This document shows positions 54,201 through 63,563 of a stretch of 64,000 nucleotides of DNA, one piece after another. The stretch's first letter is position 1. Each line of letters begins with the position of its first letter. Both the position numbers and the translations under genes were made by a program. The stretch covers positions 66,654 through 130,653 of the IMG/VR virus record IMGVR_UViG_3300030331_006142. One strand, written 5' to 3'. Below the pieces are notes generated by a model. The model was given only the letters and a program-made list of their open reading frames with translations, did no database searches and was not told where the DNA came from. Source of the DNA: a virus.

Positions 54201-54617
54201 GGAAGGAATCACAAATATCCCGTAAGTATTGCCATTAGTTCCTAGGTCCCAGCCGGCCAGGCCGCTATCAAGGGCATTGCGGTCGCTAACACCCAAAAGT
54301 CGAACTACTGTCAGTGGTGGTTGTGAGTCCATCGGTGCGTTAAAATAAGAGTAAGCTGCATATGGTGCAGGAGAAGTTGCTTGCAATCCGTTACCTTCTC
54401 TCCATGGGTCATCACCTTCTGACCCGGGTATTGTGCGACCAAAAGTATTCTCAAAATCAACAAGGCTTCCTACCTGGACAGGTTTCATCGCAGGCCCTTT
54501 TCTAAATCGACCTATGACGACAGGGCCGATTCCGGCCGGGATTTGAGGCAACTGACTATTGTCAATTTCCTTCAAGAAAACTCCAGGGGAGACAAATTTA
54601 AATTTTTTAACAGACAT
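51213..54617 (-). CDS. contractile tail sheath protein (gp18-like)
   Basis: FVSPGVFLKEID, YYPW, WFAPAG..RG, INPI, GQKTLQ..SALDRINVRR, PARSIEFI motifs. Confidence 0.92.
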   Translation of the reverse strand: MSVKKFKFVSPGVFLKEIDNSQLPQIPAGIGPVVIGRFRKGPAMKPVQVGSLVDFENTFGRTIPGSEGDDPWREGNGLQATSPAPYAAYSYFNAPMDSQPPLTVVRLLGVSDRNALDSGLAGWDLGTNGNTYGIFVIPSTSSATTAKAFLAGTIYSPDEKFSVGVYGKDGNNQVVTAEACLVSASTNASIPVKIGSGLMGEVQNPHSFGLNISNSLGQRTQLVSFIEQDKNLYIRNKLNTNPVQTNTRIKSPPSGSLAESYWLGETFDNSYVQSLRQEQARAGKQTTTTQFVFVAKLSENFEDFKSTKHQLSPAKSGWVIGQHTGDSSTYDPLKAQKLFRIISLQDGEQGNSQYVQIENIKIKFQGDPDPYGTFSLAVYYLPVGEGLPRLQERWDNLNLNPKSSRYIARVIGDRYFEWDSAAKVNRSYNSYNNTNPYIRVDMSTEVAEGDLENIRAVPFGFLGPVVPKDHAAASGSNGEYTMSTWINGKVDLSNYRPGAGELAPTTFTVEWPTLPQVITGSQVPGGADTFNPFGGTPYPIGRGDVELNENPVLKGSCDYYRRMPESDFLTPQGNGIADANTKHSYVFSLDQIVVTGSSAVPAVNLVEWPDRTAVYHREDSHLSPAATATLTINTNRASMSSDSRFDITDAAGTTKSFIFKTAINTVDGSTNPGDRFIVGVAAEQAGLNSADAAERQAAANAVAAKIATVIGTNPVQAAIGITATAVNNVVTITQKTRGTSGNNAGGNGNFTETDDANGKLAIVNFAGGVRPGQAYTSLDQGSPTSLTDLVNSFRIPMCGGFDGVDITEMDPFNMSADALGPDATAQSSYAYASVERAIDMISDPEIVEHQLALMPGITNKTLTERLVRVCEARADSLAIIDLPNVYIPPAQEECTSFKDRVDQSSARKAAIALTERQINSSYGCAYYPWVKVRDPNNGPAVWLPPSVIALGAMAYTDATKKPWFAPAGFTRGGLTNEVVGLTVEGVSEHLLSRDRDVLYEANINPIASFVSEGLVIFGQKTLQLTQSALDRINVRRMLIFVKKRISRISSQLLFDQNVPATWARFTGQVVPFLEDVKTEFGLTDFKVVLDGTTTTPDLIDRNIMYAKIFLKPARSIEFIAIDFVITRTGAGYSD

Positions 54618-54694
54618 ATCGAGTATTCTCCTCAAAAGGTACTAAAATAGGGATATCACTTTAGTAAATAGTTTTACTATCTTTCAAAAGAATA

Positions 54695-54734
54695 AAAGAA
54701 AGAAAAAGAACACCCCGGCAGAAACCGGGGTGTT
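54695..54734 (-). terminator. intrinsic terminator
   Basis: AACACCCCGG-TTTCTG-CCGGGGTGTT followed by a T-rich tail. Confidence 0.75.
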
Positions 54735-54768
54735 TTGAGGGACACAAAGGCGGGAAAGTAATAAAACT

Positions 54769-57700
54769 TTAAAGCTTTATGTACTTAACGACCATCTCGT
54801 CTTGGGCACCCAAACTGGTTGCTCCCTTGAGAGACAATGTTGCACCAGAAATAGAGTAGTCTACATCTTGGGTCTGCAAAAGACCATTGATGTAGACAGA
54901 AATGGCGTCCGGGGCTGAGTCTCCACCTGCAGGTGTTGCTGTCAAGTCACCGACAGCACCGGAGACAGCAACAGCACCAGAGTTAAAGACGTCTTCTACA
55001 AAGTTTGCAGCGATATAAGTCTTAAATCTGCTGATGTCTGCTCTTCTTAGTGTACCGCCATCCGAAATCATGATTTCATCAGTATCAGCCACGGCTGCAC
55101 CAATATCAGTCTGACCTGAGATAACATTGTTATTAAGCATTGAGCCTTCAATTGCAGTGGATGCAATAGTTAAAGCACCACCGTCAGCTACAGTTGCATC
55201 GCCAGAAATATTGCCGTAGTAGTGATTCTGAAGACTGTCGACGCCGACCTTCTTAAGTGTACCACCGTCACTAATCATCAATTCATCTGCATCAGCGATG
55301 TCAGCATGTGCTAATTCTGTTTGACCAGAAATAACATTGTCGTTAAGCATTGAGCCCTCAACTGCATCAGCAGCAATGGTTAAAGCACCGCCGGCAGCGA
55401 TAGTAGCATCACCACTGACGTTACCAAAGATTGCATCCTCCATGTTAGAGAATGTAATCTTCTTCTCTGTTCCGTCATCTGAGAAGACGAAGTGGTCACC
55501 CTGCGCAACACCTGTTCCGCCAAGAGCAGAAAGTTCGTCGATATCAAGTGATAATACACCACTGGATACGCCGATACCTGCACCGGCCATGGCAGTAGCC
55601 AGGTCAGCGACACTCTCCTTCTTGGTTGCATTGCTGTCATTGGCATCAATGATGAGGATGCTGTCAGCAGCAACATCAACAGCAGCCGCTGAAACCTCAT
55701 TCAAATCAACCGCGAAGACACCGGATGTTGCAGAGAGGCCGGAGCCAGCCATAGCGGTTGCCAAGTCTGCAATACTCTCCTTTTTGGAAGCATTGCTATC
55801 ATTAGCATCTACAATAGCTATCGAGTCGTTAGCCACATCAACTGCCGCGGCGGTAAGTTCATTCAAGTCGACTGACAACACTGCCGAGGCAGCTGCAAGG
55901 CCGTTACCAGCAAACAAGGTTGCTAGAGCATCGGTCGTTGTTCTCTGTTCGGTTGAACCATCAGAATCAAGCGTCAAGAATGAATCAGATGCAGCAGGAG
56001 TAACTGCGCTGAACTCGGACATGTCAACAGAAAGAACGCCTGCTGAGTGGGCTAGGCCGGCGCCTGCGACTCCGGACTGGACCTTTACTGCACCGTCCGC
56101 CGACAAGACAGAGGTGTCATTAATTCTAAAGTCCATGCCAGAGGCTAGGTTGAGGTCGTGTGACAAGTCCCATGCCGGGTTTGAGGAATCTCCATCGTAA
56201 AGGAAGGATGCCAATGGGCTCTTTCCTGCGTCGAGGCCAACAGAAATACCTGCGCCGTCTGCAGCGGCTATAGCAGAATTTGTTGAGCCAGAAGCAACAA
56301 CTAGTGCCAAATCAGCAATAGAGACAACTGTTGAGTTAACCGTCGTTGTTGTTCCTCCAACTGTAAGGTCACCAGTCAAGGTAAGGCCAGTGAACTGAGG
56401 ACTGTCTCCAGTGCCAACACCCAAACTTGTACGGGCAGTGTTACCACTTTCGTAAGCGAAGGCACCAGCACCTGTTGCAACGATAAACTCACCGTCAGCT
56501 GAAGCTGCACCGAGGGTTTCAAGGTCTTCAAAAATAGCATTGTTCATCTTTGAAGCAACAATTGAACCAGCAAGCATTGCGTTAGTAACACCAGAGGCCT
56601 TAATGCGAAGAGCGTCCGAATTTGTCTCGATGGAGCTGTCATCAACCCCAACAGACAAGACGCCACTTGATGCCGCGAGGCCGTCGCCGGCTGCAGCTGT
56701 CATCAAGTCCGCAATACTTTCTTTCTTAGTTGCATTGCTGTCGTTAGCATCAATAAAAAGGATACTATCAGCCCCGACCGCAACGTCGGCAGCGGAAACC
56801 TCATTTAAGTCAACTGCTAGTACAGAGTTGGTAGCAGAAAGACCAGAACCTGCGAAAAGAGTTGCTAGGTCTGCAAGTGATTCCTTCTTGGTCTCACCGG
56901 ATGCACCACCATCAAGGAACATGATGTAGTCACCATTAGCAATAGCAGCTTCAGTAGTAAGAGCCAACATGTCTTTTGCAAGACTATCGACACCAAACTT
57001 CTTGAGCGTGCCACCGTCACTAATCATGAGTTCGTCGGCGGCTGCCAAACTACCTTGTGCTAACTCTGTCTGGCCAGAGATAACATTATCGTTAAGCATT
57101 GAACCTTCAACTGCATCTGCAGCGATGGTTAAGGCGCCACCGGCAGCGATTGTTGCGTCACCTGAAATGACGCCAAAAATTGTATCTTCAAAATCACTAA
57201 ATGTAATTTTGGTTACGGTCGAATTAGAACTATCGGCCGCAAAAGTAAGAACGTCAGTCTGCCCAATAGAAGCAGCTGACAACGAGTTATAATCAAGCTT
57301 GAGCGCCGGTTTGGTTGAAGAATCTGCCTTTAGACCTGCACCTTTTGCTACCTGCTCTGCTGAAATTGTTAGTCGATTAGCCACGCTAGAACCTCCTCCT
57401 CCACCGCCGCCGCCTCCGCCTTCTGCGGAGCCGCCTGTAAAACTAGTTACAGAAAAATTAGTGGAGTCATTTGTTGATATGGTTGTATTGCCCGCTGTAC
57501 CGTGGGCGTCATTCGTTAAACTAACTGTCGTTCCGGAACCTGCAGCTGTTATGGCGATTGGCATCGAATTAATGCGCTGCCTTAGAGCGGTTGCAAGCTC
57601 CGTTGCTGTCAGGTTGGATGAACTAAGGGAATCATGTGAGCCGGCTCGAGATGCGTATGCAGCCTCGATAGGGCCATCGATGCGCACGAGCCTCGAAGTT

Positions 57701-58443
57701 GTCTGATGAGTAGTTCCCATGCACATAAAATCAGTACCAGAAGACGCTGACCAAGTGCCACTAGCCCTCTCAAGGCCAACAGAAATACCCGCATGTTCGG
57801 GACCCAAATCTGAACTATTTGGAGAAATCAATTTCAAATATGGATAACTTATGTTGCCATCCGAGAGAGACGACCCTGAGCCGCCGTTGGAGTAGTGTAT
57901 TATATCCACCGAAACATCAAAACTATCATTATCAATCGCGTCTTTAACACACTTAAAAACACCAAACATAACTGCACCTATACGGGCGGAACCTCCACAA
58001 TTCTCGGCGCCGACCTCATACACCCCAGTAGAGATTTTACGAGCATTTGAATTGGTGCCTGAAAAGATTGAGGTACCAGATTGCCCGGATGTTGCAGTAG
58101 AAAATTGGATACTTATAGTATTACCCACCGTATCTGATATTATCATTTTTGCCGGGCGAGTGCCATCAAGGCCCCAATCGTCATCAAATGTACTATATGT
58201 ATGTGTGGTATTTGAATTACCAAAATTCACTACCATCAAAGGCCTTGAATTTGAGGTGCTTGTTCCAAACTTATACACCAGAGGTGCTGCGTTAGGAGTA
58301 TCTCCAGGGTGGCCCGCTGATGCACCATTTGTAATAAAAGTAATGGTACTAAACGCGTTGCCCTGGCCGTCATCAATTGCAATACTTGAGGTATTGTTAG
58401 CAGGATTGGAGTTTATAACTATACTGCCTGTTGCTTTTGCCAT
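54769..58443 (-). CDS. large repetitive virion fibre / structural protein
   Basis: Ala/Gly/Ser/Asp-rich; recurring SGDATIAAGGALTIAADAVEGSML and DANDSNATKKES.ADL units; poly-Gly linker. Confidence 0.75.
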   Translation of the reverse strand: MAKATGSIVINSNPANNTSSIAIDDGQGNAFSTITFITNGASAGHPGDTPNAAPLVYKFGTSTSNSRPLMVVNFGNSNTTHTYSTFDDDWGLDGTRPAKMIISDTVGNTISIQFSTATSGQSGTSIFSGTNSNARKISTGVYEVGAENCGGSARIGAVMFGVFKCVKDAIDNDSFDVSVDIIHYSNGGSGSSLSDGNISYPYLKLISPNSSDLGPEHAGISVGLERASGTWSASSGTDFMCMGTTHQTTSRLVRIDGPIEAAYASRAGSHDSLSSSNLTATELATALRQRINSMPIAITAAGSGTTVSLTNDAHGTAGNTTISTNDSTNFSVTSFTGGSAEGGGGGGGGGGSSVANRLTISAEQVAKGAGLKADSSTKPALKLDYNSLSAASIGQTDVLTFAADSSNSTVTKITFSDFEDTIFGVISGDATIAAGGALTIAADAVEGSMLNDNVISGQTELAQGSLAAADELMISDGGTLKKFGVDSLAKDMLALTTEAAIANGDYIMFLDGGASGETKKESLADLATLFAGSGLSATNSVLAVDLNEVSAADVAVGADSILFIDANDSNATKKESIADLMTAAAGDGLAASSGVLSVGVDDSSIETNSDALRIKASGVTNAMLAGSIVASKMNNAIFEDLETLGAASADGEFIVATGAGAFAYESGNTARTSLGVGTGDSPQFTGLTLTGDLTVGGTTTTVNSTVVSIADLALVVASGSTNSAIAAADGAGISVGLDAGKSPLASFLYDGDSSNPAWDLSHDLNLASGMDFRINDTSVLSADGAVKVQSGVAGAGLAHSAGVLSVDMSEFSAVTPAASDSFLTLDSDGSTEQRTTTDALATLFAGNGLAAASAVLSVDLNELTAAAVDVANDSIAIVDANDSNASKKESIADLATAMAGSGLSATSGVFAVDLNEVSAAAVDVAADSILIIDANDSNATKKESVADLATAMAGAGIGVSSGVLSLDIDELSALGGTGVAQGDHFVFSDDGTEKKITFSNMEDAIFGNVSGDATIAAGGALTIAADAVEGSMLNDNVISGQTELAHADIADADELMISDGGTLKKVGVDSLQNHYYGNISGDATVADGGALTIASTAIEGSMLNNNVISGQTDIGAAVADTDEIMISDGGTLRRADISRFKTYIAANFVEDVFNSGAVAVSGAVGDLTATPAGGDSAPDAISVYINGLLQTQDVDYSISGATLSLKGATSLGAQDEMVVKYIKL

Positions 58444-58528
58444 TTAAAATCCTCCTGTTTTTAAAAGTTTACAGGTTGAATATTAATATTATATTATAAA
58501 ATTAAAATGAATATCGGATAAAACAAAA

Positions 58529-58939
58529 TTAATCTTTCTTGAAAGCAACTTTATCTTCTGGGCTGGACGGTAACTCAACTGAATATCCCTCTGTGGGGAT
58601 TGAATACTTTTCTTTTAGCTCGTTTAGTTCGGAAAAAGTCTCCTTCTTCTTATCTTTTATCAAGCTTAAAATCTTGTGCTTCTTTTCCTCAAAATCAATC
58701 AAAAGCTCAACTAGGGCGCTTTTTAATTTTCGAACCTCTAATATTGAGTCGAAAACTTTTCCTGATTCCTCTTCTGTACATTCTAAGTAGTCTACTGGTT
58801 CCTCAATAGACTCTTCTTTTTCTGGTTCGGGCTCGGGCTCGGGCTCAAGTTCAAGTTCAGGTTCAGCTTTTGGTGCATCTTCATCCTCCATGGATTCCAT
58901 CGACGCAACGAGGTCTTTTAATTTGTCTAAAATACTCAT
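58529..58939 (-). CDS. hypothetical protein (paralogue of 59240-59605)
   Basis: PE repeats; C-terminus YSVELPSSPEDKVAFKKD. Confidence 0.65.
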   Translation of the reverse strand: MSILDKLKDLVASMESMEDEDAPKAEPELELEPEPEPEPEKEESIEEPVDYLECTEEESGKVFDSILEVRKLKSALVELLIDFEEKKHKILSLIKDKKKETFSELNELKEKYSIPTEGYSVELPSSPEDKVAFKKD

Positions 58940-58949
58940 AATTCTACTC

Positions 58950-59189
58950 CTATGAAAATAAAACTTTTTTAAGGTTTCTAACATTGTTATCAAACTTGCA
59001 AAAATCAGATTCTAGAAACTCTAAGGACTTAATTCTACAATCTTGCTTTGTGTCGTCAAATTGAAAATAAAATTTTCCATTTTCTAATCTGCGGCAGGAA
59101 AGAAGCTTTATTCCCTGCAATTGCAGATATGCAGCGATTCCGATATCGCTGGTTACAAAATGCTGAGGCTGTTCGCTCATTTTTTTCAC
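58950..59189 (-). CDS. small hypothetical protein (DUF5659-like)
   Basis: FVTSDIGIAAYL...FYFQF pattern. Confidence 0.55.
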   Translation of the reverse strand: MKKMSEQPQHFVTSDIGIAAYLQLQGIKLLSCRRLENGKFYFQFDDTKQDCRIKSLEFLESDFCKFDNNVRNLKKVLFS

Positions 59190-59239
59190 TATCTCCTAGT
59201 TTGCTTTTACTAGTAAATAGTGCGTTATTGGGGTAGGTC

Positions 59240-59605
59240 CTAAGCTTCGTTGTCTTTTCTGAGGAAATAACCCTTTTCTCCGGGTTCGGTGGGTAATTTT
59301 AATTCATAAGATATTTCCGAACTGACGTTCATGGTCTTCTGAAGCTCAACGGCCATGGAATATAGGTCATTTTCACCATATGTAATCTGAGTCATCATAT
59401 TCGTCTTGTTCTTTTCGAACTGTAGACACATATTCGCAAAATAGTTTTCCATATTTACCAACTTTTGTCTAAATTCAAAAATATGCTGGAGGTTTTCCCA
59501 CTCTACTTCAACAACGTCAATTGTTTTTGGTTCTTCATTCTGTTCTTGTGGAGCTTCGCTAGGTAACTCCGTAGTTTCGTCTAAAATTTTTTCAGGTTTT
59601 GCCAT
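59240..59605 (-). CDS. hypothetical protein
   Basis: C-terminus YELKLPTEPGEKGYFLRKD; AAGGAG RBS. Confidence 0.65.
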   Translation of the reverse strand: MAKPEKILDETTELPSEAPQEQNEEPKTIDVVEVEWENLQHIFEFRQKLVNMENYFANMCLQFEKNKTNMMTQITYGENDLYSMAVELQKTMNVSSEISYELKLPTEPGEKGYFLRKDNEA

Positions 59606-59622
59606 TTTTTCTCCTTTTCTGT

Positions 59623-60855
59623 TTAGGCTTTAATATATGTTATCATAACATGCTCTGAAATTAAAACAGTATCGTTAAAAACTATAGTATTTGAGTTTTC
59701 TACTGTATATTGGCCTGGGAATACTGCTCCGAATGGCACGGGCAAGCCGTTGAGCATGACTTGTTCAGTATTAGGTTTAATATTTGCGCTGGTTGTGAAC
59801 CTCGTACCTTCTGCATCTCCTTCATTTTTCAAAAGTTCTCGGATAACCATGTTATCGGCCAAAACTGTAGAGAAGTTATCTGTGGTAACAACATTAGAAG
59901 ATAAATTTACCCCCGAGCCACCTGCGCCATCCGTAGAAAAGAAAGATGCAGCAGGGACATTATTAAGCAATTTGGGGTCTCCGAATAAAGCCTCTATCTG
60001 GTCTCTTGTTACGCCGGAAAGACCATAATAGCTCCCGTATTCGTGGTCTGGTATCTCTGCTAAAGAGATTCTTTCTCTGGGGAGCTTGACCTCTACGATA
60101 TTTTCTCTTACTGCATAATAAGGTTTTTCTCTGTTTGGGCCTTCGGATACCACATAGCCAATTACTTTTATGCTTATTTTAGTTTCGAACTTTCTTTCTT
60201 CTTCTGAAAAATTATCAAGATTGCTATTTGATGAATAATCTGCCTGTATGAAGCCTTCGTACCGGTGGTCACCCTCTGTTAGAGGCACATAGTTTATTGT
60301 CCCGGGGCTAGTGACAAACGGTACCATTAGCTCATTCATTTGTTGCTGATATTCAGTTCTAAGTGTTATCTCATACATAACCTCAACATTAACTGGCATG
60401 GGCACCGTTATCGTTCGATATACAACCTTTGGGCTTGGCCGCGTCGTTGGGAAATTCTTTTGGCCTGTGCTCTTCTTTGCGTCAGCGTTTGCAAATTTTA
60501 ATGTTTTTTGGTGGAAAAGAGTTCTGCGAACATGCAAAGAACCGCCTTGAGAATCTGAAGCTTCGGGAACGTTGCCTTGAAATATACCAGGGCTCCGGAG
60601 CTCTTTCTTGAATCCTGTCCTTCTTATAGATATCAAGGGTAATATGAGCATTCCCTGCCTGTCTCTAACTTCTTTGCTGTTTTTAGTCTGGTAAGAGCGT
60701 TCGGCTGTTCCCCATATTATAGGAACCGGCTTAAATCCCTGGTTTGTTGTTGTCGAAAGCGATAAAGACTTTATATAGTTATAGACAGAACGGTCGATTG
60801 TTTCCACAGTGGAAATCTCAAAATGAATCTTGTACTCACCATCGTTATCTGACAT
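59623..60855 (-). CDS. tail terminator / sheath stabiliser (gp15-like) with C-terminal beta-sandwich extension
   Basis: VPIIWGTAER, LPLISIRR, PVNVEVMYEITL; follows the neck genes. Confidence 0.65.
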   Translation of the reverse strand: MSDNDGEYKIHFEISTVETIDRSVYNYIKSLSLSTTTNQGFKPVPIIWGTAERSYQTKNSKEVRDRQGMLILPLISIRRTGFKKELRSPGIFQGNVPEASDSQGGSLHVRRTLFHQKTLKFANADAKKSTGQKNFPTTRPSPKVVYRTITVPMPVNVEVMYEITLRTEYQQQMNELMVPFVTSPGTINYVPLTEGDHRYEGFIQADYSSNSNLDNFSEEERKFETKISIKVIGYVVSEGPNREKPYYAVRENIVEVKLPRERISLAEIPDHEYGSYYGLSGVTRDQIEALFGDPKLLNNVPAASFFSTDGAGGSGVNLSSNVVTTDNFSTVLADNMVIRELLKNEGDAEGTRFTTSANIKPNTEQVMLNGLPVPFGAVFPGQYTVENSNTIVFNDTVLISEHVMITYIKA

Positions 60856-61336
60856 TAAAAAGTCCCTCTCTAGCTCTAACACAAGAAGCCGCTATCTCAA
60901 AGCTTGACTCAACCTGGCCAAAAAGCCACTTTGGCTCTTGTAGTGTTAAAATTTCATACATATTTTCACCATACTGAACAAAATCTCCCTCTCTAACAAA
61001 CAGGTCTTGGTCTTCTGATAATCTTCTCTTGTGAAATCCAACCGATATCTTCTCTATCCTATCAACCCCCAGAGGTGTTGTTGTGGTTGGTTGGGATTCC
61101 CACTTTACCATTGCGTGCACCCTTATTGGACTTAAAAAGCTCTTTTCTATCGCCTCTCCATATAAATCGTGAAAACTTGTGTGCTCTAAGCTTATAGGGT
61201 AATATACGATTGTTTGGCCAATAACTCTTTCTATAAGCTCGTCATTAATCTGCTTTACAAAGTCTTTCTCCCTCTTTCCTGTAAAAAGAGGAGGGGGAGG
61301 TGAATCCGGTTGTGACCACTTGTTATCTTCTGACAT
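60845..61336 (-). CDS. neck / head-completion protein (gp14-like)
   Basis: ELIERVIGQTIVYY...LYGEA...VREGDFV. Confidence 0.65.
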   Translation of the reverse strand: MSEDNKWSQPDSPPPPLFTGKREKDFVKQINDELIERVIGQTIVYYPISLEHTSFHDLYGEAIEKSFLSPIRVHAMVKWESQPTTTTPLGVDRIEKISVGFHKRRLSEDQDLFVREGDFVQYGENMYEILTLQEPKWLFGQVESSFEIAASCVRAREGLFNVR

Positions 61337-61341
61337 TTATA

Positions 61342-62616
61342 TCACCCCACAAAAATATAGTTTGGAATCTTTGTCAACACCTTTTCTGAATTTTCGATTT
61401 TTGATGAATCCTGCTCTGATAGTTTCACATAAGTTAGTTCCGCTAAAGTTTCTTTTAATTCCGTTCTAAGCTTGTCTTGCTCATCTTTTCCTTCTGTTAT
61501 CAAAGCTGAGCCGTTTAGTGTTACACTTTCCCCAGGGATTGGCACTGTTCCAAACTTTGAGCGTACCTGGCCTAGTATCTCTTTGCATAAAGCAAGCGCA
61601 AACCTTCGAATCCATTGCTTGCCAATTGCGTTAATGTTCACGAAAGGAATGTTTCCTATTGGAAGCGTGTTCATATTATTGACGCCATCCACTTTTGGGT
61701 CATCGCTATCCCAAGCATCACCAGGGATTGAAAAATCTACAAACATCTTTCTAGGGCCGTGTGTGTAAGGAATCGGATATATTCTAAGTTTATTGTCTCT
61801 TAGTTCGTAAGAAAAGTGAGACATTCTAGTGTATATCGCATCCTCGAACGCCATTGCTTGGGCCTTGTTATGCCATGCAGGTACTAATTGAAAAGTTGAA
61901 TCATCAGAGAACTGACCATAGTTGTGAAGGTTTCCCACAACGTTCAGTCCGCCATAGTATCCAAAAAACCTCCACATTGCATGTGGCGTCTTGTAATACA
62001 CTTTCTTGACTAAAATCTTTTTGTTTTTTATCTTATTGAAAAAGTCTGAGTCCTCACTTAACGAAGAGCCTGATATTATTTCCTGTAAGTTGTAGTCCTG
62101 CTGTCCAGTTTGGACGTCGAAACTTGCGGAAAACTGAACAGAATTTTTCAAGCCGACATCTTCACTGATTCCCTCTGATATTTTTCTTCCTATGGCGTAG
62201 TCAAATTTTGGATACTTTAAAGCGACGTGAGAACCCGACAAAGAAGATGATAAATGCCCTGACATTATGTTGCCCTTTGAGTCGAAACTTCCAGTTGTGT
62301 TTCCTAAGGTATTTGACAGGATGTTTGTTGCTTGATGTATATTTATCAGATAACAATATTCTAATACAGCTTCCTCGTAAGCAGCATAAACATTGCCTTC
62401 TGTTAGTTCGATGTCCAAGACATCGCCACCGAGCTTTTTATAAACGTGCGAAACTTGGTCGACGGCACCAGTTACAAACTCCGATGAGTATAAGGGGCCA
62501 GATGTATCCGAATATATTTTGTAAGGTACCGCAGCATTAACTTTTGTGTTGTCACCTGTTGATGGTAAAACAACCGCAGATAAAGCGCTTGCTGGAGTCA
62601 ATGTAGGTAAAGACAT
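61342..62616 (-). CDS. neck protein (gp13-like head-tail adaptor)
   Basis: KLGGDVLDIEL, WIRRFALALCKEILGQVRSKF, VTLNG. Confidence 0.75.
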   Translation of the reverse strand: MSLPTLTPASALSAVVLPSTGDNTKVNAAVPYKIYSDTSGPLYSSEFVTGAVDQVSHVYKKLGGDVLDIELTEGNVYAAYEEAVLEYCYLINIHQATNILSNTLGNTTGSFDSKGNIMSGHLSSSLSGSHVALKYPKFDYAIGRKISEGISEDVGLKNSVQFSASFDVQTGQQDYNLQEIISGSSLSEDSDFFNKIKNKKILVKKVYYKTPHAMWRFFGYYGGLNVVGNLHNYGQFSDDSTFQLVPAWHNKAQAMAFEDAIYTRMSHFSYELRDNKLRIYPIPYTHGPRKMFVDFSIPGDAWDSDDPKVDGVNNMNTLPIGNIPFVNINAIGKQWIRRFALALCKEILGQVRSKFGTVPIPGESVTLNGSALITEGKDEQDKLRTELKETLAELTYVKLSEQDSSKIENSEKVLTKIPNYIFVG

Positions 62617-62668
62617 TTAGTGTCCCTCGCTATATACAGTTATTCATTATAACTAGTATTTGAGGGAA

Positions 62669-63028
62669 CTAATCGGCGGAAGTCGTTTTTTTAGTTGTTC
62701 GCTTACGACGCGTGGCTGTCTTCTTTGTTTTAGTGGTGGTTTTTCTTGCTGGTGCCTTAACCTGCTTTAACGCATTGACTTTTGGTTCTTCAATCTGAAT
62801 TGTTTGAAGCTGTGGCTCTACAGCTGGGACTGTTTCTTTTTTTGTAGTTTTTGTTTCTGGTCCTTTGTTAGTAACAACTACAACTGTTTCTTCTTCGGTT
62901 ATTTCTTCTCCGGTCGTTAGGTCTATTTCAATCACCCCGCGTCCACTTAGTTTTGCGACAGTGCCTCTAAGTGCTGCAGCTTTCACTCTATACTTTGGAC
63001 TTCTTAGTTTTCTTGATTTCTTACCCAT
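62669..63028 (-). CDS. hypothetical protein with Lys/Thr-rich basic tail
   Basis: C-terminal KTTTKTKKTATRRKRTTKK; AAGGAG RBS. Confidence 0.6.
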   Translation of the reverse strand: MGKKSRKLRSPKYRVKAAALRGTVAKLSGRGVIEIDLTTGEEITEEETVVVVTNKGPETKTTKKETVPAVEPQLQTIQIEEPKVNALKQVKAPARKTTTKTKKTATRRKRTTKKTTSAD

Positions 63029-63076
63029 GATATCTCCTTTGTTTTCAATGGTAGCATAAATAAATAGGTTTTAAAT

Positions 63077-63111
63077 AAAAAAACCCCCGACCAAGAGTGG
63101 AAGGGGGTTTT
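63077..63111 (-). terminator. intrinsic terminator
   Basis: AAAACCCCC...GGGGGTTTTTT. Confidence 0.65.
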
Positions 63112-63128
63112 GGAAGGCTTGTTAAACC

Positions 63129-63563
63129 TTAGGCGACGACAGATGACTCAATAACTAACCACTTGGCCGCGTCGATTTTTGCAACAATAAACCCTGCGCC
63201 GTTGCCGCCCACGAGGCCGGCGTTATCGCCATGGCCAGCGAATTCATCGTCAGTTGCAGGATAAAGCTTTAAGGCCTTGTTTTTCACGCCGTTTCCAATA
63301 ATAAAAATTGCACCTGTAGCAACGTCAGCCAAAGCCGGCAGACGGGCGCCTTTGGTATCATCAGCTCCGGTGACCAAAACTATTGGGGCGGTTGCAGCGA
63401 TAGCAGCTGCGTTGCCCTGATTGGCCCCGGCTGCGGCGACGGTTTGTACAGCTGCAGCAAGCGAGGTCAACCCACTAAGGGACGACCCTGTGAGGTTTAA
63501 GTCCCTCTTCAAATTCTCTATTAGTGCCTCGACTCTCGCGAGACCTACTCTTTTAGTACCCAT
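63129..63563 (-). CDS. putative capsid-associated (decoration-type) protein
   Basis: Ala-rich 144 aa immediately after the major capsid gene; GGAGG RBS. Confidence 0.5.
   Translation of the reverse strand: MGTKRVGLARVEALIENLKRDLNLTGSSLSGLTSLAAAVQTVAAAGANQGNAAAIAATAPIVLVTGADDTKGARLPALADVATGAIFIIGNGVKNKALKLYPATDDEFAGHGDNAGLVGGNGAGFIVAKIDAAKWLVIESSVVA

Noticed and set aside
55337-58447. Long plus-strand ORFs (e.g. 55337-56200, 287 aa)
   Set aside because: Antisense shadows of the Ala/Ser/Gly-rich fibre gene, with no RBS or recognisable motifs.
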